Shown here: piece after piece, positions 53,703 to 64,000 of the stretch
Position numbering within the stretch: position 1 is the stretch's first letter
Layout: every line of letters starts with the position of its first letter
From: Eledone cirrhosa
Taxonomy: Eukaryota
Reading direction: 5' to 3'
DNA: 64,000 bases
NCBI GenBank assembly: GCA_964016885.1
Contig: OZ024741.1
Span: forward strand, 331,514,001-331,578,000
The notes under the pieces: generated by a model
The model's input: the letters and a program-made list of their open reading frames with translations, nothing else
Told to the model about the DNA's origin: nothing
Database searches by the model: none
Position numbers and translations under genes: made by a program

Positions 53703-53880
53703 TGAGTCTGGGGTTCACAGGTTAACCACAGTAATGTACTCAATACATTAGTAGAGTGTATACAACAAATTTAATGTAGAAATGACTTCTACAGGACTAG
53801 AACTGTTTCATTCAAAGGATTTCCTTCAAATGAAACAGTTCTAGTCATGTAGAAGCCATTTCTACATTCAATTTGTTATA
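53703..53880 (-). mobile_element. Fold-back element family H, copy 2
   Basis: Palindrome ~53760-53880 centred on ATTCAAAGGA TT TCCTTCAAAT; arm GAA-ACAG TTCTAGTC CTGT-A-GAAGTC. Confidence 0.75.
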
Positions 53881-54009
53881 TATAACGAAAGTTTTTGGTC
53901 GTATTGAACAGAACAAATTTTGTATTTTTGTTAATCGCTTGTTAAATGCAAGGACCCCATTCAATCATTACCTTCTATCTAGCTACCCAACACCCCTCCC
54001 TCCCACACC

Positions 54010-54105
54010 CACGCACCACCATTGCTATTACGTGGACCAATCATAAAACAGAGCCCCCACGCATCACCAGTATTATTACGCGGACCAATCAGAAGCCAGA
54101 GGCCT
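54010..54105 (+). promoter_or_regulatory. Duplicated ~48-bp unit with CCAAT boxes in the RTE 5'UTR (putative internal promoter)
   Basis: TATTACG(T/C)GGACCAATCA occurs twice. Confidence 0.4.
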
Positions 54106-54208
54106 ATACTATCGCTTGCCTGGTTGCCTTTCGATATATGATGGATGGATGGACTGCAGAATCCTGGAGAGTGGAGGAGAGAGAGAAAAATCTGGACGCT
54201 CAGCGACA

Positions 54209-57200
54209 ATGCCAAAGATAAAGACAAATTCACCTCTTGGACGAGAATGCGAGCACTCCTCATTGTTTCGACCGCGGACGGCTAACATAACCCCATCGCC
54301 CCCCGCCCCCCACCGCCCCCAACCCCCAAACGCAATCCAAAACTTCAGAGTTGGTACCATAAATGTAGGCACACTAAAGGGTCGCGCTAACGAGGTTGTA
54401 GAAATGCTTGAACGTAAGGAGGTCGATGTTTGTTGTATTCAAGAGACCAGGTGGAGGGGTGGGTCTGCTAGGTTCATTGAGGGTAAAAAACGATGTTATA
54501 AGCTTTTCTGGGTGGGAAACGACGATGGGCTGGGTGGAGTAGGAATCATGGTAGCAGAAAAGTGGGCAGATAAGATAATAGACGTAAATAGAGTGAACGA
54601 CAGAATAATTAAAATACGACTTGTCCTCAATAGAACTACGGTGACAGTAATATCTGCGTACGCACCCCAATCCGGACTGCCCGGCACTATAAAAGACAGA
54701 TTCTATGAGACACTGATGCTAACTACCTCCCAAATATCCGACAGTGACTATATAATTATCGCAGGCGACCTAAATGGTCACGTTGGACAACATTGTGACG
54801 GCTACGACGAAATCCATGGAGGCTATGTGATGCAAATAACCTAACTATCTGTAACACTAACTTCAAAAAACGTGACAATCACCTGATCACCTATAGATCC
54901 GGGGAACACACAAGCCAGGTAGATTATATCCTTACCAGAAGACGTGACAGAGTGTCTGTTGTAAACACTAAATCCCTCCCCCATGAAGAATGCACCTCCC
55001 AACATAGACTGATAATTAGCGACCTCATAGTCAGGACGAGACGTACTCGACAGCAGAAGAGGACTATCCTCAGGAGAAAAATATGGAAGCTAAAGGACCC
55101 CACAGCCAGGAATAAATTTCAAAGCATATTACTTGATGCTTTCGACAGTAAGGAAGAACATTTAGAGTCGGACAATATAGAGGGAGAGTGGGAATTTCTG
55201 AAAGCAAACCTGCTGTTGGCGACAGACGAAGTCTGTGGCTGGAGCAGGCCTGTAGGCAGGAGGAGAGTAACATGGTGGTGGAACAGTAAGGTGGAGGGGT
55301 CAATTAAGGCCAAAAAGCAGGCTTGGAAAGTATGGCGGGATGGGGGAAGTAGAGAAGACTATCAAGTGGCCAGGAGGGAAGCTAGGAGACAAGTGTACTT
55401 AGCAAGAAGGGAAGCTGAGGAAAGAAAGTTCAAGCATGTTCTACAACGCGATGACCAAAAACGTGAGGTGTTCAGGATTGCTAGGCAATGCGTCAAGGAA
55501 AACCGTGATATTGTCGGGGAGAAGTGTGTACTAAACGACGATGGCACACTTGCCATCACCAACGCTGATAAGAAGGTAGCTTGGAAGTGTCACTATGAAA
55601 GGCTACTAAATGAGGAGAATAAATGGGAGAAAGACAGTCTCCCCCATATCGACCCAATAGAGGGACCAGCAGTGTTAGTCGAGGGGAGTATAATAAGTAA
55701 GGCAATCAAGGATATGAAGACGGGTAAGGCGGCTGGGCCTTCGGAAATAGTTGCTGAGATGCTGAAGGCATCTGGCACGGTGGGACACACCATGGTCACC
55801 CGCATAGTTAACCAAGTCGTACAGAATGGGGTTGTTCCGAAGGACTGGCATAGCAGCATCATCGTTAACTGTTATAAGGGTAAAGGAGACGCCCTAGATA
55901 GGAGTAACTATAGAGGCATTAAATTAATCGACCAGGTCATGAAGGTCACGGAAAAAGTAATAGCGCAACTAATCAGAGAGAGAATTGACCTAGATGAAAT
56001 GCAGTTCGGGTTTGTGTCAGGCAAAAGTACCACAGACGCTCTTTTCATAGTACGACAACTACAGGAGAAGTACCTAGCTAAAGGTAAACCCCTCCACTTA
56101 GCTTTTGTCGACTTGGAGAAAGCCTTCGACAGAGTCCCCCGCTCCATTATCTGGTGGGCTCTTAGAAAACTAGGCGTTGACGAATGGCTTGTGAGGGCTA
56201 TACAAGCCATGTATAAAGAAACAGTCAGCAAGGTTAGAATTAACAACGAATATAGTGAAGAGTTTAGCGTAAAAGTTGGCGTCCATCAGGGCTCTGTTCT
56301 CAGCCCACTACTATTTATTATTGCCCTTCAGGCTATAACAGAGGAGTTCAAGACAGGCTGCCCATGGGAACTCCTATACGCAGACGACCTGACACTCATA
56401 GCGGAATCAATGGCCGAGCTAGAGAAGAAATTCCAAACATGGAAGCACGGCCTAGAGTCAAAAGGACTTAAAATTAACCTGGCTAAGACCAAAGTACTAG
56501 TTTGTAGGAAAGAAAACAAGGCGGCGGTCCCTTCTGGGAAATGGTCGTGCTCGGTGTGTAGTAAAGGCGTAGGTAGAAACTCCATTTTATGTCCTAAATG
56601 CAAAGTATGGGTGCATAAAAGATGTAGTGGGATCCCAGGTAAGCTAACTAAGAACAGATTTTACATGTGGCCGGTGCTCTGGTGCAATAAGTAGCAGCAA
56701 GTGCCCACAAAATACTAGCTCTTTCAATTGCGCAGAGGGTTCTATAGAAATAGTGGACAGCTTCCGTTACCTGGGCGATAAAATCAGCAGTGGGGGAGGG
56801 TGCTCTGAAAGTACTGTAGCTAGAGTCAGAACTGGTTGGAAAAAGTTCAGAGAGCTTATACCACTATTAGCTGCTAAAGGGTTCTCCCTAAAAATGAAAG
56901 GCAGGTTGTACGATGCCTGCATACGAACAGCAATGCTGCATGGCAGTGAGACCTGGGCATTGTGTGCAGAGGATATACGCAGACTAGAGAGGAACGAAGC
57001 TTGCATGCTCCGCTGGATGTGTAACAGTAATATACGTGAACGGCAAAGCATAAACGAACTAAGGAAAAAATTAGAGATAAGAGGGATCAGATGTTGTTTA
57101 CTCGAGAGAAGGCTACGTTGGTATGGACACGTGATGCGCATGAAAGTCGATAGCTGTATAACAAAGTGCAGGGCAATAAAGATAGACGGTAGTCACGGAA

Positions 57201-57331
57201 TAGGCAGACCTAGAAAAACCTGGGACGAGCTGATAAACTCCGACATCACACACTTACACCTCTCCAAGACAATGTCACTGGACCGAGACCTTTGGCGGTA
57301 CTCAGTAACAGAGAAGACCCGCCTTACCTAA
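54209..57331 (+). pseudogene. APE-RT ORF with two lesions (deletion ~54828, frameshift ~56655)
   Basis: GTINVGTL, CCIQETRW, SAYAP, GDLNGHVG, DYIL, FVDLEKAFD, VHQGSVLSP, YADD, FRYLG, RLRWYGHV, GRPRKTW. Confidence 0.9.
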
Positions 57332-57726
57332 ATATATAGTAAAACCTACTCCAGCCAGTAGGCATCTCTAACAAAATACACCCAGTCCCACCACCACCAC
57401 CCCCACCCCATCCACACCACCCCGTTCTATGTAAAGTTATGTTGGTGCCGCGCCATCGAGGCCGAAACAAATGAGATCGTGTAGGTGTCACGACAAAAAA
57501 ACACACAGTCCACGCTGTAATGTGGCCGTGTAGGCAACACGGTAAAAACCTCCCAGACCCACACTGTAAATGTGGTTGGTGTTAGGAAGGGCATCCAACT
57601 GTAGAAAACCTGCCAGACAGTCCTATGCGAGCAAGACAATCACTCTTGCCTCAAGTGGGACTACCCCCGTCCAAACCCATGCAAGCGTGGAACACGGACG
57701 TTAAACGTTGATGATGATGATGATGA

Positions 57727-57792
<66 letters not shown>

Positions 57793-58089
57793 AACAAATT
57801 TAATGTAGAAATGGCTTCAACATGACTATTTACACACACACACACACATATGTAACATCCTCATCAATTTTGCATCAACTTTGTCATACTGGCATGGGTT
57901 GTATAGGTCTTTTGAAGTCATATGAATGTTTTATAGCTAAAGGCACCAAATGCCCTTGTTTATGTTAACACTTTTAATTGTTTCATACAACATACATGAT
58001 GTACCTATTTTAAGTCAGATACACACACCATTTATGTTTATAATCATATATATCTCTGTATGTAATTTATACATAGAGTATATATATAT

Positions 58090-58330
58090 ATCATCATCAT
58101 CATCTTCATCATCATTTTACATCCACTTTTCCCTGCTTGCAAGGGTGGGACGGGTCCTATTCAGCACAGCATCTCTTCACTTGTCATGGTCCTTCGTCAT
58201 CTCCACCGTGAGCTTCAGTGATCTGAGGTCTGCTCTCACCACCTCTGCCCATGTTTTTCGTAGTCTTCCTCTACTACGTATTCCTTCAACTGGCATTTCT
58301 TGGCACTTCTTCACCCATCGGTCATCCTCC
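58090..58330 (-). mobile_element. RTE-clade LINE 3' fragment
   Basis: MEDDRWVKKC..GRLRKTWAEVV; homolog of 52445-52860. Confidence 0.8.
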
Positions 58331-58344
58331 ATATATATATATAT

Positions 58345-58560
58345 GGCGTGTGGCTGAGTGGATAGAGAATTGGATTCGCAATCGTAAGGTTGTGAGTTCG
58401 ATTCCTGGACCAGGCATTGCGTTATGTCCTTGAGCAAGACACTTTATTTCACGTTGCTCCTTCTACCTGGAGTTGCGACCGATAGATAGTATTAGCAATT
58501 GGAAAGACCAACGGAAACATTGTTCCCTCGGTCCGATTTGACGAAAGTCGATCGTTCCTT
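58345..58560 (+). mobile_element. tRNA-headed SINE flanked by (TA)n
   Basis: A-box TGGCTGAGTGG, B-box GTTCGATTCC, TCCTTGAGCAAGACACTT. Confidence 0.85.
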
Positions 58561-58909
58561 ATATATATATATATATATATATGAATATATATATATATAT
58601 ATATGAAAGGGACAAGGCAGTGTGGTTACTAATAACGAGTGTTTAGAAAGTAAAGGAAGCACAAACATAGAGATAGACATTTCCCCTCATCAGTTGTCTA
58701 CTGTAGGTCTCAGATGTTTCAGCGAATTAAAGACAATACATCTATCCGCAGTGTAAAAAAAACTTAGAAAGTTATTAAGGAAAGAGATGATGGCAAAGAG
58801 AGAGAAAGAAAAAAAAATGGAAGAGAAAGAAAAAAGAGAAAAATGAGAGAAAAAACATACCGATAGAGAGACGCAAACATATATATACACTCACACACAC
58901 ATGCATATA

Positions 58910-59260
58910 TTGGGTAATTCAGTAGAATCGTGATTTACTGAGTATGGTACAATATCAGCTCTTTATGCTATGGCAGAGTGTATATATTCAGAACAAAATG
59001 AGGTTTCACATTAAGGTTTTTATTCATTACACAATTATGAACATTTCACAGATGGGTGGCTCAGGATCCATGTTAATATAGACACGATTCCAGCCCCGAT
59101 TTGTTCATCAGACTTGCTAATCAAGGAACACCGACATCGCATCTCTGGCTGGACTCACGTCTATAACATTAACATGGATCCTGAGCCACCCGTCTGTGAA
59201 ACAGCTGTAAATGTGCATAATCAATAAAGACCTTAATGTAAAACTTTGTTTTGTTCTTAT
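58910..59260 (-). mobile_element. Fold-back element family I with long-stem-II hammerhead
   Basis: Inverted arms ~58990-59095 and 59145-59258; CTGATGA at 59111-59105 (-); GAA-ACAGCTGT-A at 59198-59209 (+). Confidence 0.6.
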
Positions 59261-59360
59261 TATATCTATCTACTTATCTATCTATATCTATCTATCTCTC
59301 TATATATGTATGCACAAATATATATATACAAATATATATATATACATATATATATATATA

Positions 59361-59888
59361 TCATCATCATCATCATCGTTTAACGTCCATATTCCACGCT
59401 TGCATGGGTTTGGACGGGAATTTTCCCACTTGAGGCAAGAGTAGTTGTCTTGCTCGCATAGGACTGTCTGGCGGGTTTTCTATGGCTGGATGCCCTTCCT
59501 AACACCAACCACATTTACAGTGTGGGTCTGGGAGGTTTTTACCGTGTTACCTACACGGCCACATTACAGCGTGGACTGTGTGTTTTTTGTCGTGACACCT
59601 ACACGACCTCATTTATTTCGGACTGGATGTTGTGGTACCAACATAACTTTACATCGAAAGGGGTGGTGTGGATGGGGTGGGGGTAGTGGGACGGGGGGGT
59701 ATTTTGTTAAGAGGTGCCTACTGACTGTAGGTTTCACTTTGTACTTAGGCAAGGCGGGCCTTCTGTATTACTGTGTAGCGCCAAAAATCTCGGTCCAGTG
59801 ACATTGTCTTGGAGAGGTGTAAGTGTGTGAGGTCGGAATTTATCAAGTCGTCCCAGGTTTTTCTGGGTCTGCCTACTCCGTGGCTACC

Positions 59889-59894
<6 letters not shown>
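59361..59894 (-). mobile_element. 5'-truncated copy of the RTE at 53885-57730
   Basis: Reverse complement of ~57182-57725. Confidence 0.9.
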
Positions 59895-59938
<44 letters not shown>

Positions 59939-60513
59939 ATATATATATACATATACCCTATGTATAAATAAATTCTTGCAGTCACCTAAACCATTTCAGA
60001 TTTGCAGGTATGCAGCAAAGTATGATGCAGCTAAATACTCCTTGCAAGTCTGGAATTATTTGCATTATTAGCTAGAAAGCTAAATTGCAGAACAATAATG
60101 ATACTTACTGGCACATGACAAGGTAATTTGTGAAAGACAGCAATTAATTTCAAAGGCAAAAGCTAAAATAATAATTAATTGTAAAGCAGCATTCTTCAGT
60201 GATACTTTACTTCAATCAATAGGGAAGAAGTAATAAGAGAAAAAATATTCAATCTATTGTTAATGCTGGAATATTATGCATACACATGCACATATACATG
60301 TGTGTGTGTATATGTGTGTGTGTGTATATATATATATATACACACACACATATATACATACACAAAATCACACGTATATATGTACACACACACACTCACA
60401 CACCCACACATATATATATACATATACATCTACATTTATATGTGTACATTATATGTGTGTGTTTGTGATAATTATATATATATATAGTTTGTATAATTAT
60501 ATATATACATGTG

Positions 60514-60547
<34 letters not shown>

Positions 60548-60620
60548 CGTGTGTGTGTGTTTGTATATGCATGCGTATATATTTATATATGTATATATAC
60601 ATATACATATGTATAATATG

Positions 60621-60666
<46 letters not shown>

Positions 60667-61099
60667 TATATATATATTCTATAAAACTCCTTATCAGCAC
60701 AAACAATGTCCCCCCCCCCACACCTATACACATATGCTTACACATATACCTCCCCCCATATATATATTATCAATTATACACCTAGCTGGCATTATGCTTG
60801 TTATTAATTCTACTGATTGAAGTGATGCCTCTATTCCTAACCAATATTTATTTCAAGAGAGGATTTGTCATCCAGTGTTCCATTGTTTGAATTCATATAT
60901 ATTGTTTCCTCCATTGTTAGGAAAACATGTTTTCCAAGAATATGGATTTTTGCCTTTCAGATTCTGCTCTGCTTCTTTCAACAAAATTTTGTTTATTCCA
61001 TGTATAACATTAAAGACCTTATCACTCCTCACTCCTATTGCTGCTGCTCTCGCCTTCTTCATTACCAGATTACCAGCTTTATTTCATCATTTACTGTTG

Positions 61100-61139
<40 letters not shown>

Positions 61140-61208
61140 ACCATCTCTTTAAGGCTGCATCGAGTTCTAACAATGTTATCAGCTCCACCATAAACAAGTG
61201 GATACCTG

Positions 61209-61240
<32 letters not shown>

Positions 61241-61260
61241 CACTTAAATACACACACACA

Positions 61261-61329
<69 letters not shown>

Positions 61330-61704
61330 AGTGTATATATGTATATATACACTTACATATACACACACACACATACGTACATACATATATATATTGTATG
61401 TATACATTCCTAATGTGTATATGGTATCATAATATATATATATTATGAAACATATATGAATGAAATGGGGGAAATGCAAGAAATGTTGGATTGGATTGTA
61501 AAATAGTTTTGTATGTAAAAGAGATTCAATGCATTGCTGTGAAGGTTAGATTGTTTGGTTATAGTTGGTTAAATTGGGTAATGCTCATTAACACATTGGA
61601 AAAGTCTTCAGCAAAATTTCATCCACATCAATTTCATCTAGATTTTGATGAAATGTGAACACATAGTGAACAGAAAACAGTTAAATCATCTATTGTGCAA
61701 AATA

Positions 61705-61998
61705 GAAGGCAAATTGGCAGAGTCATTTGAATGTCAGTTCAAATTCCACCAAGGTCAACTTTCCCTTTCATCCTTTTGAGGTCGATAAAAACAGTGCCAG
61801 TCTAGTACTGGGGTTGATTTTTCCTCTATATCTCTTTATCACTTCTATTCTCTCACTTTCCATCCTTCGCAGGAAGGAAATCTTCTATATTCAGGCCTGG
61901 AAAGATGGGCTCTACCAGATTTAAAAATGCCTTAGCAATGCCTTATATCAATATAGTATCTCTATGACTCCCTCAAGAGTTATGAGACCCTATCATAC
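61705..61998 (+). mobile_element. tRNA-headed SINE, long-tail subfamily (internally deleted)
   Basis: Homologous to 3432-3740. Confidence 0.75.
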
Positions 61999-63384
61999 AT
62001 TGTGTAAAATACAATTATCTATTCATCAATTTAGGAATTGGAAATAAGTTCAAATCTTCAGAAAATCTGTTGAACTCATAAAGTAAGCAAAAGAATGATG
62101 ATAACAAGTTGAATTATTAATATAGTAAATTGCATGGTCTTTTATTGTTACAGAAATATTATTACAGGAAGTTGAATAAAACAAAGATGTTCATGTGGAG
62201 ATATATGATGTGAAGTGTTGAATAAAATAAACTCTGTGGATTGTGATGTATATTGAACACCTGGAAACATGATAGGGAGACAGGCTACAGATGTGTGTTT
62301 AGAGATGTGAGAGAGTAAGAGATAACCATATGTGCTGTCATACGCACAGATCTGCTTGCCAGCAGTGGGCAAAACACCAGGTGGCATCTGCTACCATCAA
62401 AACCTGGTATCTAATAAGAAAAAGATAGCTGGTAGGCATGGCCTTTTACCTGAGAAGATCTCCTTCTGTGCTTGGATATATTGTACTGAAAATGAAAAAT
62501 TTAATATGCCAATGAATATGATATAAAAATATTTATTAGTTTCAAACACAATATCAAGCTAGGAATGTGCGTGCACACGCACACACACACACACACACAC
62601 GCGCGCGCATGCACACGCGCACACACATACACACGCACGCACACAAACACGCACACACACGCACACACACACCCACGCACACATAAACACACACTTTCGC
62701 CGAGACTAAGTAAGTGACATAGTCACTACTTTATAACTCATAGCGAAAGGTCTTCAAAATGTTTTTAAATAAACATACAGTATATTATCAAATATACTAT
62801 ACATACATTCATACATATATTGCTATTTCAGAGAATTGATACTATATATATATATATATTTCCTGAATATGTGGTTGTAATCAGTAAAGAACTCGCTCTT
62901 AATATGTAATCATAGAAGTAAATATACTATAATGTATAAAATACATAGCAAACTAGAATATACCGTCTTAGGTACTCAGTTTCTTGAAGTAAAATTAAAT
63001 TGCTTCAAAAAACTCAGATTGTATATGCCAGTTTGCCATGCATTTCATACTATATAGTAAATGTATATATATATATGTTATAATGGCTGCAACCCAATTT
63101 CAAGAAATGCTATCACTTGATACTTAAGCATGAGCAGCATGGATATGCTCTTTTAGTCCTGTTAGGGACTTGCCTACAGCCAGCCATGTCATGCAATGCA
63201 AAAGATGTGACATATTAAGTAATGCTTGTGCTTGAAGTTTTTTTAAGTGTGGAAATCCCATCACTGAACACTGAATGCATTTACCTAAAAAGTAGATCTG
63301 GTCCACATCATTGGATGCAAATAAAGTCGCAAGTATTATATCAGTGACTTTCTCTTAGAGCGGTGGGTGTCTTAATGAAGACTT

Positions 63385-63582
63385 GGGGTCACTAAATCTC
63401 ACATTTCAGTGCTACTGGTAATATGTAACCCAGTACAATTTGTACATGGTCAGGTCGTTGGCAACTAAACCAGCAGCCCCACCAAGCTTGCTTGGTAAGG
63501 CGGGTAATTATGGACACCCTGTGGGATGAAAAACAAAATCTGTCAAAGGGCGGAGGACCTCAGGAGACTCAATGGCCATCCA
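63385..63582 (+). mobile_element. 5' part of the structured repeat family at 22700
   Basis: GGTCAC..GTGCTACTGGTAA.ATGTAACCCAGTACAA..GGTCGTTGGCAACTAAAC. Confidence 0.7.
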
Positions 63583-64000
63583 ATAAAGTATATATATATA
63601 TATGCAGCTAACTGGCCAGACTTGTATCATAATGTGGACAACCCATCTAACCCATGAAAGCATGGAAAAATGGACGTTAAATGATGAGGATGATGAATGA
63701 TATATATATATATCGTCTATGATGTCACAGAACTTAAGTTCACAGATATCACGGACTTGTCTCTCCTCTTCCTATATTTCCGTTGCATTACCATCTTTGT
63801 TTGTTTACATGTCTCGCTGACTTCACCCTATTTTACGTGTCCCAATAACTTTATTTAGTTATTGCTCGCACCAACCAGAGGTATATGATCTTTAAAGCGA
63901 AGAAATACCAATGAAGGCTGGAGGATCACTGTTGAAGGACTAATTTTATTCATATGTAACCCATGTGCAACCAATCAGCACGCCATTTTTCATGTATATA

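Larger units (their letters stand above)
53885..57730 (+). mobile_element. Near full-length RTE-clade LINE
   Basis: 5'UTR, APE + RT ORF, 3'UTR, (GAT)n tail; inserted in a TA tract. Confidence 0.95.

Noticed and set aside
60865-61062. Short non-repetitive ORFs as a host exon
   Set aside because: No recognisable domain or convincing splice context

Overview
Very AT-rich, microsatellite-dense eukaryotic DNA with no host protein-coding exon I can support. The repeat content suggests a cephalopod/octopus-type genome, but that is inference. Conventional content: a near full-length RTE-clade LINE with two lesions (53885-57730), truncated R4/Dong-like, CR1 and Tx1-like LINEs, a DD37D (maT) Tc1/mariner transposon with TIRs, several MITEs and many tRNA-headed SINEs. 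The unusual signal is at least nine sequence-distinct families of short non-coding elements inserted in (TA)n tracts. They carry complete, degenerate or half type-I hammerhead ribozymes, often with a palindromic stem III and sometimes a greatly expanded stem II. Many are long fold-back palindromes with an unpaired 3' tail, and several tails share an RCTC...GAGY hairpin. This matches non-autonomous Penelope-like (pLTR/retrozyme-type) elements. In two families the palindrome axis lies exactly on hammerhead stem II, which suggests snap-back self-priming. (TA)n tracts also centre inverted duplications of ordinary flanking DNA. All folds were derived by eye, and none has been tested computationally or experimentally.
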